Assembly (NCBI RefSeq): GCF_001457595.1
Contig: NZ_LN831039.1
Span: 2,310,001-2,342,000, forward strand
Reading direction: 5' to 3'
Source: Mycolicibacterium smegmatis
GTDB taxonomy: Bacteria > Actinomycetota > Actinomycetes > Mycobacteriales > Mycobacteriaceae
Length of the DNA: 32,000 nucleotides
Each line of letters starts with the position of its first letter. The stretch's first letter is position 1. The position numbers and the translations under genes are program-made. Below, piece by piece: positions 15,247 to 23,371 of this stretch. The notes below the pieces were generated by a model. It had not been told where the DNA came from. It was given only the letters and a program-made list of their open reading frames with translations, and ran no database searches.

Positions 15247-17457
15247 GTGTCAGGTCGGGACTACGAGGACGAACTGCAGTCCGAGCGCGAGTACGTCGCC
15301 GGGCTCTACGCGCGGCTGGACGCCGAGCGGACGCAGTCACAGCGCAGGTACGCCGCCGCGCTGCGCGAGCACGGTGGCACTGCCGTGGAACGCGACGCCG
15401 AGGTCCGGGCGCTGGCCAAGGACATCGCCCGGCTCAACGTCGCCGACAACGGATTGTGCTTCGGCCGGTTGGACACGCTCGACGACGAGCGGCTCTACAT
15501 CGGACGTCTCGGCATCTTCGACCGTGACAACGACTTCGAGCCGCTGCTGCTCGACTGGCGCGCCCCGATGGCGCGCCCGTTCTACGTCGCGACGGCAGCG
15601 AACCCGGAGAACATGCGGCGCCGCCGCCAATTTCACACCCTGGGCCGCAAGGTGGTCGACTTCACCGACGAGATCCTCGGACGGCCGACGGGCTCCGAGC
15701 ACGACGCCACCAACGACGCCGCGCTGCTCGCGGCCGTCAACGCTCCGCGCGGCGAGGGCATGCGCGACATCGTCGCGACCATCCAGGCCGAGCAGGACGA
15801 GGTCATCCGCCTCGACCACACCGGCGTGCTGGTGATCGAGGGCGGCCCGGGCACCGGCAAGACCGTGGTGGCGCTGCACCGCGTGGCGTATCTGCTCTAC
15901 ACCTACCGCAAGCAGATGGAGCGCCACGGTGTGCTCGTGGTGGGGCCCACCCCCGCGTTCCTCAACCACATCGGCCGGGTGCTGCCGTCGCTGGGTGAAT
16001 CGGACGCGGTGTTCATGACGCCCGGCGACTTCGTACCCGGCCTGCACGTCACCGCTGAGGACACGCCCGAGGCGGCCGAGGTCAAGGGCTCGCTGAAGAT
16101 CCTCGACGTGCTCAAGGCCGCTGTGGCCGACCGGCAGGAACTGCCGTCCGAGCCGATCCCGATCGATCTGTCCGACGTCACGATGCGCATCGACGCGGAG
16201 ACCGCGAAATGGGCCCGCGACGAGGCCCGCAAGACCGGCCTGCCGCACAACGAGGCCCGTGCCGAGTTCGTCGACGTCGTCACCTATGTGGTGACCGAGC
16301 GGGCGGTGGCCCGTATCGGGCGGGGCTGGCTGACGCGCGACGACAAGCACGCGTGGGAGAAGATGCGCGCCGACGTCGTCGGAGAGCTTGAGGACCACGA
16401 GCAGTTCAATGCCGCACTCGACGCGCTGTGGCCGATCCTCACGCCGGAAGACGTTCTCGCGCAGCTCTATACGTCGCACGAACGGCTGCGCGCGGCCGGG
16501 GCGCCCGAGTGCCTGTGGCGCGCCGACGGCGAGGCGTGGACGGTGTCCGACGTCCCACTGCTCGACGAACTGGTCGACCTGTTGGGGCGCAACAAGGCCG
16601 CCGACGAGGCCGCCGAGCGTGAGCGCCGCGAAGAAGAGGCCTACGCCGCGGGCGTGCTGGACCTCATGGTCGACCGCGAGGACCTCATGGACGACGAGGA
16701 TCACCTGCTGGCACAGGACCTCATCGACGCCGAGGAACTGGCCGACCGCTTCAAGGAGCAGGACAACCGCGAGCTCAGTGAGCGCGCGGCCGCCGACCGC
16801 GAGTGGACCTACGGCCACGTCGTGGTCGACGAGGCGCAGGAACTCTCCGAGATGGACTGGCGACTGCTGATGCGGCGCTGCCCACGGCGCTCGTTCACCA
16901 TCGTGGGAGACCTGGCGCAGCGACGGTCACCCGCCGGTGCCCGGTCGTGGGGTGCCATGCTCGATTCGTACGTGCCGGGCCGCTGGGTCTACAAGTCGCT
17001 TTCGGTGAACTACCGCACGCCCGCCGAGATCATGGCCGTCGCGGCTGCCGTGCTCGCCGAGTTCGCGCCGGACGCCACGCCGCCGGACTCGGTGCGCGCG
17101 TGCGGTGTGGCGCCGTGGGCGCGGCAGGTCACCGACGACGACATCACCTCGGCCATCGCCGAATTCGTCAGCGAGGAAGCCGGGCGGGAGGGCACCAGCG
17201 TGGTCATCGGGCCACCGGATGTGCCGGGAACCGTGCCGCCGTCGGAAACCAAGGGCCTGGAATTCGACGCGGTCCTGGTGGTCGAACCCGAACAGATCCT
17301 CGCCGACGGGCCGCGCGGCGCGGCCGAACTCTACGTCGCGCTCACGCGCGCCACCCAGCGCCTCGGCGTGCTGTACCGGGATGCGTTGCCGCAGGCGCTC
17401 GCCGGGCTGGCAGAGGGCGAGGCCGCCGCGACGGTCGAGCAGCGCACGTCGGCATAG
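15247..17457 (+). CDS. helD: HelD/HelR-type UvrD-like helicase-like protein (RNA-polymerase-associated recycling / rifamycin-displacing factor)
   Basis: 736 aa. The N-terminal coiled-coil-type segment is MSGRDYEDELQSEREYVAGLYARLDAER. Walker A reads IEGGPGTGKTVVALHR. The DEAQ-type motif is HVVVDEAQELSEMDW and the C-terminal 1B/2A motif is VALTRATQRLGVLY. GTG start follows GAGGG. Confidence 0.9.
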   Translation: MSGRDYEDELQSEREYVAGLYARLDAERTQSQRRYAAALREHGGTAVERDAEVRALAKDIARLNVADNGLCFGRLDTLDDERLYIGRLGIFDRDNDFEPLLLDWRAPMARPFYVATAANPENMRRRRQFHTLGRKVVDFTDEILGRPTGSEHDATNDAALLAAVNAPRGEGMRDIVATIQAEQDEVIRLDHTGVLVIEGGPGTGKTVVALHRVAYLLYTYRKQMERHGVLVVGPTPAFLNHIGRVLPSLGESDAVFMTPGDFVPGLHVTAEDTPEAAEVKGSLKILDVLKAAVADRQELPSEPIPIDLSDVTMRIDAETAKWARDEARKTGLPHNEARAEFVDVVTYVVTERAVARIGRGWLTRDDKHAWEKMRADVVGELEDHEQFNAALDALWPILTPEDVLAQLYTSHERLRAAGAPECLWRADGEAWTVSDVPLLDELVDLLGRNKAADEAAERERREEEAYAAGVLDLMVDREDLMDDEDHLLAQDLIDAEELADRFKEQDNRELSERAAADREWTYGHVVVDEAQELSEMDWRLLMRRCPRRSFTIVGDLAQRRSPAGARSWGAMLDSYVPGRWVYKSLSVNYRTPAEIMAVAAAVLAEFAPDATPPDSVRACGVAPWARQVTDDDITSAIAEFVSEEAGREGTSVVIGPPDVPGTVPPSETKGLEFDAVLVVEPEQILADGPRGAAELYVALTRATQRLGVLYRDALPQALAGLAEGEAAATVEQRTSA

Positions 17458-17490
17458 CTCGGCTCGCACACGCCTGGCTAGTCTCGTGGC

Positions 17491-17817
17491 ATGGATGCGG
17501 ACCCGACGAGTGACGACGCCGCGAGTGACGGTGAGAAGCGACTGGTCATCAGGATCAACTCGAACGCCAAGATGTCGCGCGGCAAGGCCGCGGCGCACGC
17601 CGTCCACGCAGCGCTCAAGCTCTACGGCATCGAGTACGGGCATCCGGTCATCGTGATCGGCGGCAAACCACACGAAATCCTGGAACAGACGGTCCACGTG
17701 CGTGATGCAGGACGCACCGAACTCGAACCGGGCACCCTGACCGCGGGCGCGAGTTGGGAGTGGAAGCCGCGCGAGGATCCCGGCCAAGAGCCTGGCGAAA
17801 ACCCTGACGCGGACTAA
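17491..17817 (+). CDS. Short PTH2-like (peptidyl-tRNA hydrolase 2 fold) protein, 108 aa
   Basis: By eye, LVIRINSNAKMSRGKAAAHAVHAAL and VRDAGRTELEPGTLTAGA align with the two conserved PTH2 blocks (..GKGK.AAQ..HA.. and IRDAG.T.. PGT.T). The middle segment is shorter than in canonical PTH2. The gene lies 33 nt after the HelD stop on the same strand. Confidence 0.6.
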   Translation: MDADPTSDDAASDGEKRLVIRINSNAKMSRGKAAAHAVHAALKLYGIEYGHPVIVIGGKPHEILEQTVHVRDAGRTELEPGTLTAGASWEWKPREDPGQEPGENPDAD

Positions 17818-19190
17818 CCGGTGGCCGCGGCGGGTTCGGCGCCGCGATCGGGGTGCGCCAGGCCGAGATGGTCGCGCAGCGTCGTGCCCTCGTACTCGGT
17901 GCGGAACACGCCACGTTCCTGCAGTAGCGGCACCACCTTGTCGACGAACGGGTCGAGCCCGCCCGGCGTCACGTGCGGCACCAGGATGAAGCCGTCACTG
18001 GCGTCGGACTGCACCAGATGATCGATCTGCTCGGCGACCGTGGTGGGCGAGCCGATGAAGTTCTGCCGCCCGGTGACCTCGATGATCAGCTCACGTGTGG
18101 TGAGGTTCTCGGCCTCGGCCTTGGCGCGCCACTCGTTGGCCGTGGCGATCGGATCGCGGTACATGCGCACGCTCGCGCGGCCCTTGGCGATGGTGTTCTC
18201 GCCGACCACCGGATCGACCGAGGGTAGTGGCCCGTCCGGGTCGTGGTCGGAAAGGTCCCGGTTCCAGAGCTGTTCGAGGAACTTGATCGCCGTGGCCGGA
18301 GAGACCTGGGCCAGCCGCACCTCGTGGGCGATGTCGGCGGCCTCGGCATCGGTGTCCCCGAGCACGAATGTCGCGGCGGGCAGGATCAGCAGGTCGGAGT
18401 GGCGCCGCCCGTACTTGGCGAGGCGGCCCTTCACGTCGGCGAAGAACTGTTGGCCGGCCTCCAGCGTGCCGTGCCGGGAGAAGATGGCGTCGGCGGCGGC
18501 CGCGGCGAACTCGCGGCCGTGATCGGAGTCGCCGGCCTGGAAGATCACCGGGCGGCCCTGTGGGCTGCGCGGCACGTTGAAGCGGCCACTGATGTCGAAA
18601 TGGTCGTTGTGGTAGGAGAACTCGCCCGCGGTGGGATCGGACAGGAACACCCCGGTGGTCTTGTCGGCGATGATCTCGTCGCCGCGCCATGAGTCGAACA
18701 GGGTGTGCGCGGCGGCCAGGAAGCTCTCGGCGCGCTCATACCGCTGGTGCTCCGGCAGGAACCCGCCGCGGCGGAAGTTCTCCCCGGTGAACGCATCCCA
18801 CGATGTGACGACGTTCCAGGCGGCCCGGCCGTCCGAGAGGTGGTCGAGCGACGCGAACTGGCGTGCCACCTCGTAGGGCTCGTTGAACGTGGAGTTGATG
18901 GTGCCGGTCAATCCGAGACGGTCGGTGACGGCCGCCAGCGCGGCGAGCACCGTGAACGTGTCGGGGCGGCCGACGACGTCGAGATCGTATATGGCACCGC
19001 CCTGTTCGCGTAGGCGCAGGCCTTCGGCGAGGAACATGAAATCGAACTTGCCGCGCTCGGCGGTCTGGGCGAAGTGCACGAACGACGCGAAGTCGATATG
19101 GCTGCCCGACGCGGGATCACTCCACACCGTGGTGTTGTTGACGCCGGGGAAGTGGGCGGCGAGGTGAATCTGCTTGGTCGGCTTGCTCAT
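17814..19190 (-). CDS. LLM-class flavin-dependent monooxygenase, NtaA/SnaA/DszA/SoxA family
   Basis: Start MSKPTKQIHLAAHFPGVNNTTVWSD at 19190; 458 aa. The N-terminal block and FDFMFLAEGLRLRE are typical of the family. The track ORF extension 19191-19400 was rejected because it overlaps the upstream gene and is Arg/Pro-rich. Confidence 0.9.
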   Translation of the reverse strand: MSKPTKQIHLAAHFPGVNNTTVWSDPASGSHIDFASFVHFAQTAERGKFDFMFLAEGLRLREQGGAIYDLDVVGRPDTFTVLAALAAVTDRLGLTGTINSTFNEPYEVARQFASLDHLSDGRAAWNVVTSWDAFTGENFRRGGFLPEHQRYERAESFLAAAHTLFDSWRGDEIIADKTTGVFLSDPTAGEFSYHNDHFDISGRFNVPRSPQGRPVIFQAGDSDHGREFAAAAADAIFSRHGTLEAGQQFFADVKGRLAKYGRRHSDLLILPAATFVLGDTDAEAADIAHEVRLAQVSPATAIKFLEQLWNRDLSDHDPDGPLPSVDPVVGENTIAKGRASVRMYRDPIATANEWRAKAEAENLTTRELIIEVTGRQNFIGSPTTVAEQIDHLVQSDASDGFILVPHVTPGGLDPFVDKVVPLLQERGVFRTEYEGTTLRDHLGLAHPDRGAEPAAATG

Positions 19191-19210
19191 CGGGATGTCT
19201 CTCGTCGGAT

Positions 19211-20389
19211 TCAGGCAGTCGCGTAGCGGTTGGCGGGCCTGGGCAGGCCCAGCAGACCGCGTAGGGTCGTGGTGTCGTACCCGTCGCGGAAAGCACCGCG
19301 CCGCTGTAGTTCCGGCACCAGGCCGTCGGTGATCTGGCGCAGATCGTGGGGGAGTGTCGCCGGACGCAACCGCAACCCGCTGGCACCCGCGGCGTGCCAC
19401 TGTTGCACCAGGTCGGCCAGCTGCGCCGGTGTCCCCGCGAAGATCTCGGCGTCGCTGACGTATTCGGACCCGGCCACCTCGTCGAGCCGGTCCCGCCGGG
19501 CCTGCGCACCGGCCGCGGTGTCATCGAGGAAAACCACGACGTCGGCGAACACGCGGACGGGTTCGGTGTCGGCGGGCCGGTGCCCTGCGATGGTCTCGAC
19601 CAGCGACGTGACCTCCTGCGTGCTGTGCGGCGTGATGAAACCGACGTCGGCGCTCGTGGCGATCAGTCGGTACGCGGCGTCGACGTGGCCGAGCGCGGCC
19701 ACGACAGGCTGTCCCTGCGGCGGCCGCGGCGTGATGGACGGGCCCTTTACCGAGAAGTGTGGGCCGACGAAGTCGATGTAGTGCAGCTTGTCCCGGTCGA
19801 TGAACCGTCCGGTGGAGACGTCACGGATCTCGGCGTCGTCCTCCCACGAGTCCCACAGCCGGCGGAGCACCTCGACGTAGTCGGTGGCCTCGCCGAACAG
19901 TTCGGCGACCAGCGCGGCCCGGTCGTCGGGGAACTGCCTGCGCCCGAAGTGCGCCGCGGCGTCACGCCGTGACGACACCTGGACACGCACCCCGGCCCGC
20001 CCGGTGCTGACGTAGTCGAGCGTGGCCACGGCCTTGGAGATGTGGAAGGGCTCGGTGAACGTGGTGACCGCGGTCGGGATCAGCCCGATGTGGCGGGTGG
20101 TCGGTGCGACACGGGAGGCGATCAGGACCGCGTCGAGTCGCCCGCGGAGCCGGTCGGTGCGGTCGTCGGGCCGGAACGGGTGATCGGACTGCAGCGTGAG
20201 GCCGTCCTCGATGGTCACGAAGTCGATCAGGCCGTGTTCGGCCGCACCGATCAGATCTGTCCAGTAGCCCGCGCGCAGCACCTCGGCGGGCCGGGCATCG
20301 GGTTCACGCCACGACGCCGGATGCCATCCCGTGCCGTCCAGGGCCACGGCAAGGCGGGGCAGATGCGCAGGATCCGAAGGAGTAGCCAC
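19211..20389 (-). CDS. LLM-class flavin-dependent oxidoreductase, 392 aa, first gene of the two-gene LLM operon
   Basis: The luciferase-like pattern is LAVALDGTGWHPASWR...IDFVTIEDGL...RFIDRDKLHYIDFVGPHFSVKGPSITPRPPQGQPVV. GTG start at 20389. The gene ends 20 nt before the next LLM start. Confidence 0.85.
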   Translation of the reverse strand: MATPSDPAHLPRLAVALDGTGWHPASWREPDARPAEVLRAGYWTDLIGAAEHGLIDFVTIEDGLTLQSDHPFRPDDRTDRLRGRLDAVLIASRVAPTTRHIGLIPTAVTTFTEPFHISKAVATLDYVSTGRAGVRVQVSSRRDAAAHFGRRQFPDDRAALVAELFGEATDYVEVLRRLWDSWEDDAEIRDVSTGRFIDRDKLHYIDFVGPHFSVKGPSITPRPPQGQPVVAALGHVDAAYRLIATSADVGFITPHSTQEVTSLVETIAGHRPADTEPVRVFADVVVFLDDTAAGAQARRDRLDEVAGSEYVSDAEIFAGTPAQLADLVQQWHAAGASGLRLRPATLPHDLRQITDGLVPELQRRGAFRDGYDTTTLRGLLGLPRPANRYATA

Positions 20390-20556
20390 GGTCGGTGCTC
20401 ACTTTCAGTCGCGGTCTCACCGGGCAACGCACGCCGGTGTCCGGGTAATCCCGGCGACCGGTGTTCCAGTGTCCAACGGGTCCCTGACCTGCGGGGAGAG
20501 ATCGACGCATCGTGATGCCAACTCTGTTCGCCGCTGCCCGCAGGCGCTGGTTGCGC

Positions 20557-20754
20557 CTAGCGGGCCCGGTTGCGTGATGCCTTGACGGCGTCCACCAGGG
20601 TCCACAGAGAAAGGCCAAGCAAGGGAACGTCTTTCAACAGGAACTGGCCGGTCGATGACAGCGCCGGAAATCCTCCGCCTGCGGGCTCGCCCACACCGGG
20701 TGTGGTGAACAGGAAGCTGACCGTGGCGCGCGCGAAACCGGGACCGCAAGACAC
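20557..20754 (-). pseudogene. C-terminal remnant (about 65 codons) of a DUF417 (YkgB/RclC-like) membrane protein
   Basis: VSFLFTTPGVGEPAGGGFPALSSTGQFLLKDVPLLGLSLWTLVDAVKA matches my memory of the C-terminal third of DUF417 proteins. Upstream of about 20760 the same frame is merely antisense to the TetR gene and loses all membrane character. Confidence 0.4.
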
Positions 20755-20823
20755 GATCTGGTGGTCCCCGACGTGCCGAGTGGGCACCGTGGGTGTGGGG
20801 CGGACGGTAAACTTGCCCGGCAA

Positions 20824-22128
20824 ATGGTCACGACAGGCCTCTCCGACGGCGAGCGGTTCACCGCCAAAGGGCGCGCCACGCGCGAACGCATCCTCCAGGC
20901 TGCGGCACAGGTGATCCTCGAAGAAGGGCTGTCCGCGCTCAGCCTTGACCGCGTCCGGCAGGTGGCCTCGGTCAGTGGATCGCAACTCAGCCACTACTTC
21001 ACCGACAAACGGGCCCTGGTGCGGGCGGTGCTCGAACGTCAGATGGGCCTCGTCCTGGACTTCCACCGCCAACCCGCCCTCGGCGGCCTTGACTCGTTCG
21101 ACGACTTCGAGCGCTGGCTCAACCTGACCGTCCGGCAGCTACGCAAGATCGGTTACACGGGCACGCCGACCTATCACGCGCTGGCCGGGCAGTTGGCCAA
21201 GTCCGACGCCGCGACGCGCGAGACGCTGGCCGCCGGCTACCGGGAGTGGATGGCGCTGCTCGAAGCCTCCTTCGAGCGCATGCGCGATCGCGGGCTGCTG
21301 GTGGCGACCGCCCGCCCTCGCGAACTCGCGATGGTCTTCGTCGCAGGTCATCAGGGCGCGGGCATGCTCACGTTCACCTACCGGCAGGAATGGCCGCTGA
21401 GCGACACGTTCAGGTTCATGGTGAACTACCTTCGCCTGTTCGCGACCGATCCGGCCGAGCGGGTCCCGCGCCCACCTCGCCCGGTGCGCGACCGGCGCGC
21501 ACGGTCGGTCGCCAACGACGGTGCCGCGCAACGATTCACGCGCAAAGGGCTCGCGACGCGCACCCGGATCATCGACGGTGCGGCGGACCTGATGTTCCGC
21601 AACGGCGTCCTGAGCACCAGCCTCGACGACGTCCGCCGGGAAGTGGGGGTCAGCGGTTCGCAACTGACGCACTACTTCGCCGACAAGTCGGATCTGATCC
21701 GGCAGGTCGTCGCGGCGCGCGCGGCCGAGGCGACCGCGCAACCCGAACTGGCCGGTCTGGACAGCATCGACGCGCTGCGGGAGTGGGCGAAAGCCTGTGG
21801 CCGCCAAGCGGAAACGGTGTACCTGCGCGGCGGTTGCATCTACGGGTCGCTCACCGGCGAGCTGCTCGAGCAGCGAGATGTCCTCGACGATCTCGCCGCG
21901 GGTTACGACCGGTGGTTGCAGTTGTTCCGGGACGGCGTCGACGTGATGTGCCGCAACGGTGAACTCGGTGAAGGGGTCGAGCCGCGGCATCTGGCGGTGG
22001 CGCTGCTCGCCGCGCATCAGGGCGGCACGATGGTGGCCTTCGCGATGGGCGACCGGGAACCCGTCGACGTGACGGTCGGTGCGGCGGTCGAGTACGTGGC
22101 GTCATTCGCGGCCGCCCGGGCGCGGTGA
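20824..22128 (+). CDS. Tandem (double) TetR-family regulator: two complete TetR units (HTH plus ligand domain) in one 434-aa chain
   Basis: Unit 1 starts RFTAKGRATRERILQAAAQVILEEGLSALSLDRVRQVASVSGSQLSHYFTDK (nt 20854). Unit 2 starts RFTRKGLATRTRIIDGAADLMFRNGVLSTSLDDVRREVGVSGSQLTHYFADK (nt 21532). The period is 226 aa. The C-terminal blocks LAAGY..W and HQG also recur in both units. Confidence 0.85.
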   Translation: MVTTGLSDGERFTAKGRATRERILQAAAQVILEEGLSALSLDRVRQVASVSGSQLSHYFTDKRALVRAVLERQMGLVLDFHRQPALGGLDSFDDFERWLNLTVRQLRKIGYTGTPTYHALAGQLAKSDAATRETLAAGYREWMALLEASFERMRDRGLLVATARPRELAMVFVAGHQGAGMLTFTYRQEWPLSDTFRFMVNYLRLFATDPAERVPRPPRPVRDRRARSVANDGAAQRFTRKGLATRTRIIDGAADLMFRNGVLSTSLDDVRREVGVSGSQLTHYFADKSDLIRQVVAARAAEATAQPELAGLDSIDALREWAKACGRQAETVYLRGGCIYGSLTGELLEQRDVLDDLAAGYDRWLQLFRDGVDVMCRNGELGEGVEPRHLAVALLAAHQGGTMVAFAMGDREPVDVTVGAAVEYVASFAAARAR

Positions 22129-22158
22129 GACGGCTTCGTACCCGACCGTCGCGGTGGA

Positions 22159-22683
22159 TCAGTGCGCCGGTGACGGTTCCCACGGCGTGACCCGCGGAAT
22201 CCACCGCGGCACATGCCTCCGGTAGGCCTCGTACTCGGCGCCGAAGCGCCTGCGCAGGTGTGGTTCCTCCACGACCGGGATGGCGATCGCGGTGGCGGTG
22301 CAGAACAGCGCGAACCAACCGAACAGCCACGGTGACATCGTCGCGACCGCGGTGCCGAGCTGGATGCAGAACACGGCCGTCATCATCGGGTTGCGGACGT
22401 GACGGTAGGGGCCGCGCAGCACCAGGTGAACGGGTGACCCGATGGCCAGCGTTCCCTCGCCGACGCGGTCGAACAGCACCACCGTCCACACCAGGAAACT
22501 CAGCCCGATCGCGATCAGGACGGCACCCGCGGCGGCCGCGAGCCATCCGCCTGCCGTGCTCAGATCGGGTGCTCTGGTGTCGGTCACCGCGGCGATCGCC
22601 GAGGGGATGAACACCGTCATCATCGCGGGTGCCAGCAGCACCGAGAGCAGGTGCCGCCACCACAGTCGTCGTTGTTCGGTCAT
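22159..22683 (-). CDS. ICMT/PEMT-family membrane methyltransferase (isoprenylcysteine carboxyl methyltransferase-like)
   Basis: 174 aa with multiple hydrophobic helices. It carries the family motif LVLRGPYRHVRNPMM and C-terminal EEPHLRRRFGAEYEAYRRHVPRWIP. AAGGAG (complement of 22690-22695) lies 6 nt upstream of ATG 22683. Confidence 0.8.
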   Translation of the reverse strand: MTEQRRLWWRHLLSVLLAPAMMTVFIPSAIAAVTDTRAPDLSTAGGWLAAAAGAVLIAIGLSFLVWTVVLFDRVGEGTLAIGSPVHLVLRGPYRHVRNPMMTAVFCIQLGTAVATMSPWLFGWFALFCTATAIAIPVVEEPHLRRRFGAEYEAYRRHVPRWIPRVTPWEPSPAH

Positions 22684-22697
22684 TGCCGGCTCCTTTC

Positions 22698-22713
22698 TTC
22701 AACTGCCGTTGAA
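22698..22713. promoter_or_regulatory. Candidate TetR operator 1: TTCAAC-tgcc-GTTGAA
   Basis: Perfect 6-4-6 palindrome directly upstream of the methyltransferase RBS. A second copy lies at 22743-22759. Confidence 0.5.
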
Positions 22714-22742
22714 CAAAACGGTACGCCGCGTCCCGCGAATAG

Positions 22743-22759
22743 GTCAACGGGTGTTGAAC
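22743..22759. promoter_or_regulatory. Candidate TetR operator 2: GTCAAC-gggt-GTTGAAC
   Basis: It has the same TCAAC-N4-GTTGAAC core as operator 1 and lies 13 nt upstream of the TetR ATG (22772). Confidence 0.5.
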
Positions 22760-22771
22760 TAAACTTCCATC

Positions 22772-23371
22772 ATGGCCGAGAACCGGCGCAGCGGCCGGTG
22801 GCGCACCGGTCAGCAGAACAAGCAGCGCATCCTCGACGCGGCGCGCGACCACTTCATGCGCAGTGGTTACGAGAAGGCGACGGTGCGCGGGATCGCCGCG
22901 GAAGCCGGCGTCGACGTGGCGATGGTCTACTACTTCTTCGGCAACAAGGAAGGCCTGTTCAACGCCGCGGTCCTCGACACCCCCGAGCATCCGCTGCACC
23001 AGCTCGCGGCGCTGCTCGACGACGGACCCGAGGAGATCGGCGCGCGGCTGGTGCGCGAGGTCATCCGGCGCTGGGACGAGGGCGGCTCATTCGACCTGCT
23101 GCTGACGGTGTTCAAGTCCGCCGACATCCATCCGCTGGCCCGCAAGCTGCTGCACGATTCGCTTGCCGGTCCGGTCGCGCAGCGCGTGGCCGCCGAGTTC
23201 GGCGTCGACGACGCCGAACTGCGCGTCGAGTTGGTGACCGTGCACATGGTCGGTCTGGCGTTCGCGCGGTACCAACTCAAGATCGAGCCGCTCGCCTCGG
23301 CGGGCCTCGACGATCTGGTGTCGTGGCTCGGCCCGACCGTGCAGCGCTATCTCACCGCTCCGGATCCCTGA
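22772..23371 (+). CDS. TetR-family transcriptional regulator
   Basis: 199 aa with the HTH region RILDAARDHFMRSGYEKATVRGIAAEAGVDVAMVYYFFGNKEGLF. It is divergent from the methyltransferase gene. Confidence 0.9.
   Translation: MAENRRSGRWRTGQQNKQRILDAARDHFMRSGYEKATVRGIAAEAGVDVAMVYYFFGNKEGLFNAAVLDTPEHPLHQLAALLDDGPEEIGARLVREVIRRWDEGGSFDLLLTVFKSADIHPLARKLLHDSLAGPVAQRVAAEFGVDDAELRVELVTVHMVGLAFARYQLKIEPLASAGLDDLVSWLGPTVQRYLTAPDP

Noticed and set aside
19191-19400. 70-codon extension of the NtaA/DszA-type LLM ORF
   Set aside because: It overlaps the upstream LLM gene and is low complexity. The family-typical N-terminus MSKPTKQIHLAAHFPG starts at 19190.
20755-21072. Full-length 171-aa minus-strand ORF 20557-21072 as an intact gene
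   Set aside because: Only the C-terminal third is membrane-protein-like (DUF417-like). The rest is antisense to the well-supported tandem TetR gene and has no hydrophobic segments. Only a remnant was called.
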